A DNA stretch of 63,394 nucleotides, filler included, from Octopus bimaculoides (lineage: Eukaryota), in the NCBI RefSeq assembly GCF_001194135.2. It is 6 parts of 6 records of this genome, joined end to end, with 100 filler letters (N's around TTAATTAATTAA, not from the genome) between each part and the next. Parts side by side here need not be neighbours in the genome. Positions count along the whole stretch, not along the records: positions 34,234 to 42,109 come from NC_068989.1; positions 42,210 to 47,761 come from NC_068990.1; positions 47,862 to 58,266 come from NC_068996.1; 3 more parts are not named here. One strand, given 5' to 3'. The notes below the pieces were generated by a model. It was not told the DNA's origin and searched no databases. It was given only the letters and a program-made list of their open reading frames with translations. Both the position numbers and the translations under genes were made by a program. Positions 37,078 to 49,706 of this stretch are shown in pieces. The stretch's first letter is position 1. Each line of letters opens with the position of its first letter.

Positions 37078-39974
37078 AATCTTTTCTACTAAAGGCATTA
37101 TGTCTACATGTTGAGGATAGGGTAAATCGATTATATCGACCCCAGTACGCATCTGGTGCTTACTTCATCGATCCCGACAGGATGAAAAGCAAAGTCGGTC
37201 TCGGAGGAGTTTGGATTGAGAATGTAAAGATGGATGTAATGCCGCTGAGCATTTCGTCCCACGTGCTAATGATTTTACCAGCTCACCTCGAAACAGAAAT
37301 AGTGGAAAACGATTTATAAATATATTATAAAGCGCAAAATGAGTTAGAATAAAGAAACAGATGTGTCAGCTTTCTAACAAAAAATAAATATTGTGAAAAT
37401 ATAATAATGGCGCAAAATGAGCAGCTGTCAAAATTTACTATATACCTTACAACAAATTTCATACTTGACAACCGAATAATTACAGATCAAAACATAACAG
37501 TAGATTTCCTATACATTTGTATAGGACATAAGGCATACACTTGCATAGAACTTAATCAATTTCGACGAAAAAATAGCAGCAACAATATAAAAGAACAAAC
37601 CTAGAAGACATATTTTAATATAAAGAAATACGTGCACAGCGTCTTAAGATTAAATGGAAGAATATATGTAGCGCTGAAGATGGAAACAAACAGAGAAGAT
37701 GAGAGAACATTAAATGTTCACTCAATTTGTATTGAAATCAATAACGAAATTTGATGCTGAAACAAGCGATTTTTTTCGGTAAAAATGAATTGGTAGTCAG
37801 TACAGATGCGACTACAACCTAAGATTTTTGTGGAAAAATAAATACTGACAAGATTATTCTCGGAAAACGGATTAAGCCGTAATAGGTTGAGGGAATATCA
37901 ATACATGAACTATCCTAGCATCTAAGAATAATACGCAATAAGAAGGCACAAGATGATAAAATTCCAAACTTCTAATCAAACATTTTAACATGGACATAAG
38001 CTAGCAATAGAAATTAAAATGCATTAAGATAGTGAAGAAGCAGGGCAGAAAGCCTGGTTGTTCAAAAACCACGACACCAAAAGTACAATTTCTTCACATA
38101 CCATACCGTATAAAATCAAAACGTAATAATTATTCCGCAGACGACATTTAAGCTACAGAATCAGCGTAAGACAATCTAGCACAATGTTTAATCTACACAA
38201 TCATCATCCACTTGAATAACACCACATTGTCTTACAAAATCGATATCCACCACGTTGGCACTACCAATTCATACGCCTCATATCCTATAAAATTTCGCTG
38301 CAATAATATAAAACAAAGAAAACGCGATAAAATCAGTGTTGAGCGCATGATAAACTCCACCAGGAGCCAATAAAATAACTCAGTTCACATTGCACATATT
38401 CTGCAGAATATAATGGACGAAATAGAAACAACATAAGTCGCTGAAGCCAAACTGTTGTAGTTTAGCCATTGCAATAAAAAGACAAAACAAAAAACAATAT
38501 ATATATATATATATATATATANNNNNNNNNNNNNNNNNNNNNNNNNNNNNNNNNNNNNNNNNNNNNNNNNNNNNNNNNNNNNNNNNNNNNNNNNNNNNNN
38601 NNNNNNNNNNNNNNNNNNNNNNNNNNNNNNNNNNNNNNNNNNNNNNNNNNNNNNNNNNNNNNNNNNNNNNNNNNNNNNNNNNNNNNNNNNNNNNNNNNNN
38701 NNNNNNNNNNNNNNNNNNNNNNNNNNNNNNNNNNNNNNNNNNNNNNNNNNNNNNNNNNNNNNNNNNNNNNNNNNNNNNNNNNNNNNNNNNNNNNNNNNNN
38801 NNNNNNNNNNNNNNNNNNNNNNNNNNNNNNNNNNNNNNNNNNNNNNNNNNNNNNNNNNNNNNNNNNNNNNNNNNNNNNNNNNNNNNNNNNNNNNNNNNNN
38901 NNNNNNNNNNNNNNNNNNNNNNNNNNNNNNNNNNNNNNNNNNNNNNNNNNNNNNNNNNNNNNNNNNNNNNNNNNNNNNNNNNNNNNNNNNNNNNNNNNNN
39001 NNNNNNNNNNNNNNNNNNNNNNNNNNNNNNNNNNNNNNNNNNNNNNNNNNNNNNNNNNNNNNNNNNNNNNNNNNNNNNNNNNNNNNNNNNNNNNNNNNNN
39101 NNNNNNNNNNNNNNNNNNNNNNNNNNNNNNNNNNNNNNNNNNNNNNNNNNNNNNNNNNNNNNNNNNNNNNNNNNNNNNNNNNNNNNTTTGTACATATGCA
39201 TATATATGTGTGCCTCCTTTTGTTTGGTTGTGTGTGTGGTGTAGAGTATGGCTATTACTTATCACAAAGGAAATATATTTACTAATAATTATGGTATACC
39301 TCTCAAGTAAAAGCATTTTGACGTATAGAAGTTCTTACTAAGAATATCTCATAGGAGCCGGTCCCATGTGTAGAGCGAATAACAAAACGGATTGATAACA
39401 ATTTATTTGCCGTCTATCATCTAAAAAATAGCGAATTTCAAGCATTTGTTGGACGAAAGTTATGAGAACAGAAATCAGTTTTAGTTAATTAACAATTGCT
39501 AGCCATCTGAGATTTCAAATTCAATTAAACATCGAATGAAATTTGAATTACTACGTCCAATCAACATTGGATTATGGTTCATGAAAAAATATCGTTGTTA
39601 AATTCTGACACTGAATCAGAAGTTGCATGAGGAGATTAAAGCATTGTTGACACTTGATTGATCCGTTGATCATCATAAATTGCAGACTTTCTTTTATGTT
39701 TAAAATATACATGTTGCATAAAAACTCGAATGCGTTTTCAACAGTCTAAGCTTTTTAATTTCAATTGGACACAGGCAATCGTGGTTCTTTAGCTGTGACA
39801 AATATTACGGCTTCAATGTGGAACCTATTTCCGAAATTTCTATATATCCACCAATACCTGACATGTTTTGAGGGAATTTGACTGTTAAATCTGCAAATTA
39901 TTCGAACACGGAAAATGTTAATCTATGAGAAAAACGGAAAATGCTTCTCTCTATTATGTACAGTTTACATACTG

Positions 39975-40900
39975 AAGAAGCTAGTCTAATACAAAGCAAA
40001 TTCGCAAAAAATATGCGACGTTTACATCGGTAGTACCGCCTGACTTTCCACATCCGACTAAAGGAACATCTGATTACCAACGCGTCTGAAGGCACTTACT
40101 GAAATGCGGCAACATAGCCAAAGCGATAGACGCTGGCCACAGATAGGACGCCGTAAAATCTACGTGTCAAGCAATCCTTAAAATCCACCATCGTAACCTC
40201 AAGACCAATACTCGATCAGAGTTAGGCTGAGAGCCGATCATTGCCCTTCGCTCCTACAACGAGGCGACTACAACCAGCATCTTCATTACTATGACTTTAT
40301 TAATAATGTTACTTACCAGCACCATCTTCGCCACCTCCACAGCTAGCTACCGCTACCACCGCTGCATGTTGCGACACGGAATGATGCTGTTGGCAGACAC
40401 CATCTTATCAACGACTACTGCAGGGACATATACCACCAATGCCACCGATTGCTAACACGACATTTACGACCATCGCTGACAATACCAATGTAGACAACGC
40501 CATCACTGACTACCAGCACAGCATTTCCCATTACTACGACTACCGGCTACAACCACAGCGTTCACCACCACTGCCGCTAACCAACAACCAGTTTTCCGCC
40601 ATCATCCTCAGTTTGACCTCTACACCAACAGCAACACCATCATTTGGGGAGCTGATGTTACTAGCACAAGCACCGGGCTAAAGCAAGATTACTGTACATA
40701 CGGCTATCCAAATGACAGGATCTACGTAGACATTCATTTCTTTGACTGTACTCTGCTGAAGACAGGACTATGCGCCCGAAATATATAAAAGCTTTTTTCC
40801 AGTTTCATCTCTGCTTTGTTAAAAGCTTTCCTTATTTCATTTATTATTCTAATTGTACATTATACATCACTAATAATTTCATTCTTGCATTTGCAACAGG
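39975..40900 (+). mobile_element. Penelope-like element 3' part: decayed GIY-YIG endonuclease plus 3' repeat with a degenerate hammerhead (40751-40791)
   Basis: CDVYIGSTA* then frameshifted FHIRLKEHL...RHLLKCG; downstream CTGAAGA-CAGG..CCC-GAAA-TATA. Confidence 0.7.
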
Positions 40901-42258
40901 GATTAATATTTTCTCATTCTAGTGTACTTTTCCACAGTGTGATGCTGTTTATATATAAAAATAATACAACCTATACATAATATGTGCACAAGTAGGCTGA
41001 TAAATGTTTACTGGCTTCAAATGTACAAATGGTGTATTCATAGTATTCGTGTCACAAATTTAAAGGCATCAAGCAAATTTGACCTACAATGTGAAAAGAA
41101 ATAAAAATTAACAAAATTGTACATTATTAGTCTATTTATTTAAAATTGATTACATGTCTTATATATACGAAGGGATGTTTTACTGCGGATCGTAGATTTT
41201 GAACGAGAGATTCATTGTATGTAAATGTAAACATCATTTGGGAATTACACCAGTTGATATATTTTTCTTTCAATAAAAGCTCGAATATACACTTCTCTCA
41301 TTCTCTCATTCTCTTTTTCTCTCTGCCGCTCTCTCTCTTTTCTCTGCGCCCTGTAATTCAGTAGATAAAAAGTAAACAACCGATTCTGCTAGTCACAGAA
41401 AATCTCACTCTATATGTGAGAGAACAGAAAAATATAAAAACACAGTTACAGTATTCTAGGAAATATCTATTTCCAATTCGAGTTATTCATAACATTATAA
41501 ACTCAGTTGAATGTACTGATATTCATCTAGACGCCTAACACATGCTCTTTCAAATATTAGTCATTGAGGTATAGCTCAAAGATATTACGTAATGAACAGT
41601 AGTATAAATTATCATGATCTATTATGAACATTCCTTAACGATACCATATCTAGCATTGTCGAGCCTGCATCCTGACAATATGCCTAATGTTGAGCATATC
41701 CAGAGTTGTGCTAAGCACGATAAGTCATTCGTATGGAGGACAAGTATTCTGTAGAATGTGATCTATTGAAGGTTTAAATGCGTAAGTTATCCAAGGGTCT
41801 GGCGGATAGTCAGTTATACGGATATCAGAGAGCAAATACTCAACGAAGCAGGTGGTCTGAGAGTGAGTGCATAGGAGAAGATAGGGAAATGTAGGTGTTT
41901 GCTTTAAAGAATGTCCTAAAAATTTCCAGTGCCAGTAGGTAATGACTGTGCTAGTGCATCTGAACTAAAATCCACAAAAAGGGTAGCAACTGTTGGTGAA
42001 TTAAACTCCCTACATACACAAATACAGGCACACACACAGGCACACATATACACACACATACTGGGACCCGAAAACTCATATACGTATATATATGTATATA
42101 ATGTATATANNNNNNNNNNNNNNNNNNNNNNNNNNNNNNNNNNNNNNNNNNNNTTAATTAATTAANNNNNNNNNNNNNNNNNNNNNNNNNNNNNNNNNNN
42201 NNNNNNNNNTATATATATATATATATTTCCTCGGTAATTCCCAGGGGAAATCCCGGGA

Positions 42259-45200
42259 CCAGCTTAATCCGGCGCGTGATTGCCTCTACGCGGCCGGTGC
42301 ATCCCCGATTCTTCCACCAATGACCACCTGCCCACCTGAGAGTGAGTCTTTCCCTCACCCTTGCTGTTGCTGTCGTTCCACGCCTCGTGTCAGGGCAGAT
42401 CCGCTCACTCGCCCGCCGGCAGCCGCCGTACTGTTTGTGCTCTTGCCATCAGCCATTCGGTTTCTCTCCTCACCCGTGCCTACATGCCATTCCAGGATAT
42501 CCTCGGGATTTTCAAGGAAGTACCTTACCCATCCTCGGAACTTACCAGTAAGTACCTATCCCACACTCGGGACTTTCCATGAAATCCTCGGAACTTCCCA
42601 CGAAATAATCAAAACTTTCCAGGAAAGCCCCCGGAATTTTCCAGGAAGTACCTATCCCAACCTCGGAACTTTCCACGAAGTCCTCGGAATTTCCCAGGAA
42701 GTAACTATCCAATTCGCGGACCTTTCCATGAAATCTTCGGAACTTTCCAGGAAGTCATCGGAATTGTCCAGGAAGTACTATCTCATCCTCGGAACTTTCC
42801 ACGAACTCATCGGAACTTTCCGGGAAGTCCCCGGAATTTTTCAAGAAGTAACTATCCCATCATTGGAACTTTCAATGAAATCATCGGAACTTTCCAGGAA
42901 ATAAGTATCCCATCCTCGGAACTTTCCAAGAGGCCTTCGGAACTTTCCACGAAGTCATCGGAGATTTCTATGAAATCCTCGGAACTTTCCAGGAAGTAAC
43001 TATCTCATCCTCAGAACTTTCCATGAAATCCTAGGAATTTCCAGGAAGTCATCGGAATTTTCCAGGAAGTACCTATCTCATACACGGAACTTTCCACGAA
43101 GTCCTCGGAACTTTCCAGGAAGTAACTATCCCATTCGGGGAACTTTCCATGAAAACCTCGGAACGTTTCAGGAAGTCCACAGAAATTTCCAGGAACTAAC
43201 TATCCCATCCTCCGAACTTCCCATGAAATTCTCGGAACTTTCCAGGAAGTCATCGAAATTTTCCAGGAAGTAAGTATCCCATCCTGGGACACTTTGCAGA
43301 AAGTCATCGGAATTTTCCAGGAAGTAACTATCCCGTCCTCTGAACTTTCCATGAAGTCCTCGGAACTTTTCATGATATCCTCGGAATTTTTCATGAAATC
43401 CTCGGAACTTTCCATGCAGCCATCAAAATTTTTCAGGAAGTAACTATCCCATCCTCGGAACTCCCCATGAAGTCCTCGGAATTTTCCAGGAAGTATTCGG
43501 TTTTTCCAGGAAGTACCTATCCCATCCTCAGAAGTTTCCCGGAAGTAATCGGAATTTTCACAGATAGTAGCTCATCCTCGGAACTTTTCAGGACGTGACC
43601 CAACCGCGGAACTTTCCAGTAAGTCCCATCCTCAAAACTTTCCATGAAGTAGCTCATCCTCCGAACCTTCCAGGAAATCCTCTGAACATTCCAGGAACTT
43701 GTTCACCCTCGGCGCTTTCCTGGAAATCCTCGAAACTTTCCAGGAAGACCAATTTTTGGAACTTTCCAGGAAATCCTCGGAGCTTTCTAGAAAGTAGCCC
43801 ATCCTCGGAACTGCAGGAAATCCTTAGAACTTTTCAGAAAATAGCTCATCCTCAGAATTTCCCAGGAAGCCACATCCTTGGAACTTTCCAGGAAGTAGTT
43901 CATCTTAGGAAATTTCCAGGAAGTTTCCCCTCGGAACTTACCAGGATGTCCCATTCTGGGAGCTTCCCAGTAAATCCTCGGAACTTTCCAGGACTTCCCA
44001 TCCTCGGGACTTTGCAGGAAACCTTAATAATTTTCTAGGAAATTGATCACCCTCGGAACTTTCCAGAAATTCCTATCCTTGGAACTTTCAAAGAAGTACC
44101 ATCCTCGGATCTTTCCAGGAAGTAGTTCATCTTCGGAACTTTGCGAGAAGTAATTCCTCCCCTCGGAACTTTCCAAGAAGTAATTCCTCCCCTCCTACCC
44201 TTCATTTGAACTTCTCAGGAAGTAATTCGCCTGTACTCGGAACTTTCCAGGAAGTAATTCCTCCCCCTCCTCAGAACTTTCCATAGCAGTCAAATCTCCC
44301 TCAAATTTCCCTACTGTATTAATGCTGCAATTCAGCATATTATGTAGTTAAAATGAGAAACTGTAAGGTGTGTGAGCAACTGGTTTTGTTAATGGTCGAA
44401 GAAAGGGGAATTGCATTAAAAAAATTTTAATCGCTGTTCTCAGTATGTTTGCGGGTAGGAAAAAATAGAAGAGGCATTAAGTAGTTGACGTTAAGAATTG
44501 CTTTAACAGAAAATGAAGCTGTAAGAACTAATGGGGAAATTGTATGTAAGAATTAATATCAGGCATATCCAATTTAAGAAATGTGAAGATAAAAGCTAAG
44601 TGAAGAAGTATGGAATAAGTAATTGTTATATGCTTATAGAAAAACAATTTATATCATAGAATAGATACATACCTGTTGAACACGAAAATGTATGTGACAG
44701 CTAATTGTATTAGATGTGTGTATAATCATAGAGAAAGTGAAAGACATGAAATGGACGTGTGCGTGTTTTTTGCGGCTAATTTGGCAGGAGTTTTGCAGTC
44801 AGCAGGAGGTGCTTTGTGTTTTATCTCTCGAGCAATGGCCGGACAAGTGAAAATATTTTTTTAATATGTGTTTTGGGGAAAGGGGATCTTTTGAAGTGGG
44901 CTTCAAATGAAAAGAGACATGCACGATTTTATGACTGAACTTTTTTTGAAGTTGGTGTGAGATGGAAGAATTGATGTGCGTGCGTATGTCTGTGTGTGTG
45001 TGTATGTTTGATGGGGTGTGTGAAACAGAGAGAGTAATGCTGATGGGGTGTGTGTATATGTGAGAGAGAGAAAGAAAGAAAGAGAGAGATAACTGAAATT
45101 TTTCTATTCAGTTTTTGTAGTGAGTGAATGTGTGAGTGATTGACAGAGAAAAACCGAGAGAGAGAGTAATTATGTATGTATGTATGTATGTATGAATGGC

Positions 45201-45414
45201 TTCAGTAACACACACATACACGCACGCACGCAGGTTGTTTTAATCGATTTTCTCTGTAACTATCGGGGCTAGGAAAAAATATAAAGCGCGTTCCAATCTA
45301 TGCACCCGTCTCCACAGGTGTGCCATTTTCACGCGAATCCACCCAGTCGTTTGGCCGTGAACCTCGAGACAAGAAAGAATACAACGGTCGCCCATGTTCA
45401 ATTTATATTATAGA
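42259..45414 (-). mobile_element. Non-autonomous Helitron with internal minisatellite
   Basis: On -: A|TCTATAATATAAATTG at 45414; a 5' region with aaacgactgggtggattcgcgtgaaaatggcacac typical of Helitron-N; 3' GC hairpin CCGGCCGCGT-loop-ACGCGCCGG (42269-42297), then ATTAAG-CTGG|T at 42259. No TSD. Continuity across ~44285 is assumed. Confidence 0.7.
42495..44285. repeat. Complex minisatellite built from ~21-bp (tcctcggaactttccatgaaa) and ~32-bp (tcctcggaactttccaggaagtaactatccca) units
   Basis: Direct reading; the unit drifts to shorter variants after ~43560 and to gaagtaattcctcccctcggaac after ~44145. Confidence 0.95.
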
Positions 45415-45479
45415 TATCTATAAATGCAGCGCTCCAGCATGGCCACAGTCAAATGACTGAAACAAGTAAAAGAATAAAA

Positions 45480-45560
<81 letters not shown>

Positions 45561-46186
45561 CATAAATATCAAATTATTTAGCAGGTACATATAACTGTCC
45601 AGTCGGTGCCAGCCAGGAACATGCCTGCTAAGTGATGACATATATTGTTCTACTTATCTGTTATTTATTTGTATATAAAGTTCATCCTGGTAGACATTGT
45701 ATTTCAATGCTGGCAATGACTGTATAGGTTGATAGGGTCTGGGGTGCCACTGGGCTGCTTTGTGTTCTGATGTCAGCCCTGGCATGCTATCCAGCAGCAT
45801 TAAAATGAATTGTTGAGAGGGTAAAGAAGATGCTTTAAATAGATTGCAGAGCAATGTGAAATGAAGTGCCTTGCATAAGAAAACGAAGCACCATCTGGGC
45901 TGGGGATTGAAATCACAAACTTGCAATTGTGAGTGCAACACCCTAACTACTAAGCCATACACACTCACACACACACATGCACCTAAACATGCATCCTCAC
46001 ATACACAGGCAAACACATACACACATGCACATTCTATAGAGTGGCTGTGTGGTAAGAAACTTGCTTCCTAATCATATGGTTCCAGGTTCTGTCCCACTGC
46101 ATGGCACCTTGGGCCAGTGTCTTCTATAGCCTCAGGCTGACCAAAGTGTTGTGAGTGGATTTGGTAGATGGAAACTGAAAGAAGCC

Positions 46187-46234
<48 letters not shown>

Positions 46235-47202
46235 NNNNNNNNNNNNNNNNNNNNNNNNNNNNNNNNNNNNNNNNNNNNNNNNNNNNNNNNNNNNNNNNNN
46301 NNNNNNNNNNNNNNNNNNNNNNNNNNNNNNNNNNNNNNNNNNNNNNNNNNNNNNNNNNNNNNNNNNNNNNNNNNNNNNNNNNNNNNNNNNNNNNNNNNNN
46401 NNNNNNNNNNNNNNNNNNNNNNNNNNNNNNNNNNNNNNNNNNNNNNNNNNNNNNNNNNNNNNNNNNNNNNNNNNNNNNNNNNNNNNNNNNNNNNNNNNNN
46501 NNNNNNNNNNNNNNNNNNNNNNNNNNNNNNNNNNNNNNNNNNNNNNNNNNNNNNNNNNNNNNNNNNNNNNNNNNNNNNNNNNNNNNNNNNNNNNNNNNNN
46601 NNNNNNNNNNNNNNNNNNNNNNNNNNNNNNNNNNNNNNNNNNNNNNNNNNNNNNNNNNNNNNNNNNNNNNNNNNNNNNNNNNNNNNNNNNNNNNNNNNNN
46701 NNNNNNNNNNNNNNNNNNNNNNNNNNNNNNNNNNNNNNNNNNNNNNNNNNNNNNNNNNNNNNNNNNNNNNNNNNNNNNNNNNNNNNNNNNNNNNNNNNNN
46801 NNNNNNNNNNNNNNNNNNNNNNNNNNNNNNNNNNNNNNNNNNNNNNNNNNNNNNNNNNNNNNNNNNNNNNNNNNNNNNNNNNNNNNNNNNNNNNNNNNNN
46901 NNNNNNNNNNNNNNNNNNNNNNNNNNNNNNNNNNNNNNNNNNNNNNNNNNNNNNNNNNNNNNNNNNNNNNNNNNNNNNNNNNNNNNNNNNNNNNNNNNNN
47001 NNNNNNNNNNNNNNNNNNNNNNNNNNNNNNNNNNNNNNNNNNNNNNNNNNNNNNNNNNNNNNNNNNNNNNNNNNNNNNNNNNNNNNNNNNNNNNNNNNNN
47101 NNNNNNNNNNNNNNNNNNNNNNNNNNNNNNNNNNNNNNNNNNNNNNNNNNNNNNNNNNNNNNNNNNNNNNNNNNNNNNNNNNNNNNNNNNNNNNNNNNNN
47201 NN

Positions 47203-47247
<45 letters not shown>

Positions 47248-47601
47248 TATATGTACACAGACACATATAAATATATATCTATATCCATATATATATATGC
47301 ATGTATTTATATATATGTATATATATATGTTATGCCTACACATACATCCATATTAATTGAATGGCTCTTTATCACCCCCACTCCTACCATCGCCATCTAA
47401 AAATGACAGTCAGCTCGCTAACATTGTTTTCTCGTTATTTTGTGTGTGTGTTTGATGCGGTGTCACATCCATCCACAGTTCAATAATCAATATTTTCGTT
47501 CTCACAGCGCTTTTGATAGCATACCGTCACTTTGTAGTATGTCTGTGCACGTGTGAAGGGGATGGTGGGGGCGGTGGAAGGATATATATACTTGCATGTG
47601 T

Positions 47602-47650
<49 letters not shown>

Positions 47651-47861
47651 GGAGGTTGTGCATGCATAGTGCATCGTGGCACCGCGAAGCACAGCAGTGT
47701 TAACAGAAATGAAAATAAAGTAAATAACAAAATGAAATATATTAACGGAAACGGTGGTGGTNNNNNNNNNNNNNNNNNNNNNNNNNNNNNNNNNNNNNNN
47801 NNNNNTTAATTAATTAANNNNNNNNNNNNNNNNNNNNNNNNNNNNNNNNNNNNNNNNNNNN

Positions 47862-48905
47862 CAGTAATGGCTCGAGAGTCAACACATACAGAAGGGAGGA
47901 GAGAGGACACCATTGGCGAACCAAACGCGAGATGTTGAACGGTTCCGATAGATGGCCGTTCACCCGTATGACCGAGCAGATGCCGCTGTATAAAGCAGCT
48001 ATCCACCCGCGGAAGACCGGACTGAAGCCAGCTGCCTTGAGAACAGCTGCCAGGTATCGATGGTCGACCCTATCGAAGGCTTTAGACTGATCTAAATTGA
48101 TCAAAGCCCCACCCGCGCCAGCTTCGTTACCCACCCTCACTATAATGTAGTGCATGAGATGGAGGTTGTCATGGATAGACCTGGTCGGCACAGCGCATGT
48201 TTGCGCCTTGCTGATCAGTTTGCTCACGACAGGCACCAATCTCTTGGCTAGCACCTTGGCCAAGATCTTCAACTCTGTGTTGAGTAGAGTGATGGGCCTA
48301 AAGTTCCCTATAATGTCCCCCTTGTTTGGATCCTTTCTTAGCAAAGCCACCACTCCTCGACAAACAAAAGCGGGAATTCTCCCGTTTTGTTGCCAGTTGC
48401 AGTAGACGTTTGTCAAGACGCCCGCAAACAAGTCTGGCATTGACGTATAAAGCTCGTAAGGCAGACCATCCAAACCCGGCGATCTACCTCTTGTGCAGCC
48501 TTTCATCGCTTCCTGTNNNNNNNNNNNNNNNNNNNNNNNNNNNNNNNNNNNNNNNNNNNNNNNNNNNNNNNNNNNNNNNNNNNNNNNNNNNNNNNNNNNN
48601 NNNNNNNNNNNNNNNCATCTGTCCTACCGTTCGTCCCGAACAATTGAGCAAAGTGCTGCTGAAAGGCTGCACACATCTGCTTCGGTTCCGAAATCTCACA
48701 GTCGTTCTGGTCCACCAAAGACCGAATGGTCGCTCTGTTGCCACGCTTCGCCTCAACCACGCGGGCCCATCGAGCGGCCTTAGTCCCCTCCCCGCTTACC
48801 GAAAGTGCTTTAGCTCTGACAACGCAACCTTCATGCTTGGCATCAAAGTGTTGGTTGAGGGCCAACTTCGCTGCTAACACGTCGGTTGCGATGCCTGTCC
48901 TAAGA
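47862..48905 (-). mobile_element. L1/Tx1-clade LINE ORF2 fragment (linker and RT), broken by gaps
   Basis: RSPGLDGLPYELY; NFRPITLLNTELKILAKVLAKRL; LDQSKAFDRVDH; VRQWCPLSSLLYVLTLEPLL. Confidence 0.92.
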
Positions 48906-48909
48906 GCCT

Positions 48910-49381
48910 AATAATAATAATACCACAGATTTACTCAATACCACAAATTTGCTTGTCAGTTGTTTGACTTTAGCCAGTTGTCCCTTGGTGGCTGATGATA
49001 TGTGCATCTCTGATCACGAGCAGAAGTAGTGGGGGAGCATCATAACCATGTGTTGAGAGGAATTCTTTGGGGTTTGAATAATTCACTTTTGGAAACATAG
49101 GTGTTTCATTCATCATCCTTAGATAACCCTTATTCAGGAATCTTTCAAGCAGGATGTGCTACTTGACCTGAAGAAAATTCTAACTGGGACCCATCTTCAA
49201 GGTCATGCACTGTTTATCTTGATATGAGATCACTATGTCACGCACATATGGTTGTGATGCATGTGCCTAGTGTACCCTTATCAGATGGGTAGTCATGATG
49301 GGTATATTTTGATTTGTATATTTATACCCCAGTGTCATTTTGATGGCATGCACTGCTTACTATTTCACTCAATAATAATAA
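48910..49381. mobile_element. Interspersed repeat bracketed by (TAA)n, possibly a SINE or LINE 3' UTR targeting TAA
   Basis: aataataataat at both ends; no coding capacity; resembles an abundant octopus repeat as I recall it. Confidence 0.5.
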
Positions 49382-49706
49382 CAGTATTGATGAGCAATCC
49401 CACTGAAGACAGCATATGAGTACTCAGCTTTCGCTGAATGACCTGGACAAATGATTTGTTTATAATGATCAAATGTATGTACTGTGCATTAGCTCACTCT
49501 CTCCATCAAATTGACATTACCTGAGCAGGTGAACTGTGTATTACATGCCAGGTGCCAAAGTGATCACAGAGCAACATGAAATAAAGGGTTTCTGCTCAAG
49601 AACACAACACAGCATCCAGTCCAGGAATTGAAACTATAATTTCATGATCATGAGTACAATACCTTTGACTTGACTCATGTTATTGCACATATTATTATTA
49701 TTATTA

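Noticed and set aside
37500-38320. Possible very old LINE remnant (ELS.HLRIIRNKKAQDDKIPN)
   Set aside because: A single weak motif amid many stops; not enough to call.
42320-44038. ORFs of 70-194 aa with heptad repeats (KSSELSR, EILGTFH, MESSEDF)
   Set aside because: A by-product of the 21-bp unit. Frames shift at each 32-bp unit, there are no splice signals, and there is no real similarity to reflectin or other repeat proteins.
42495-44285. Array as a heat-shock-element cluster or CRISPR-like array
   Set aside because: The third pentamer is one base out of register (GAAnnTTC-N3-GAA), so it is not a canonical HSE. There are no unique spacers and the context is eukaryotic.
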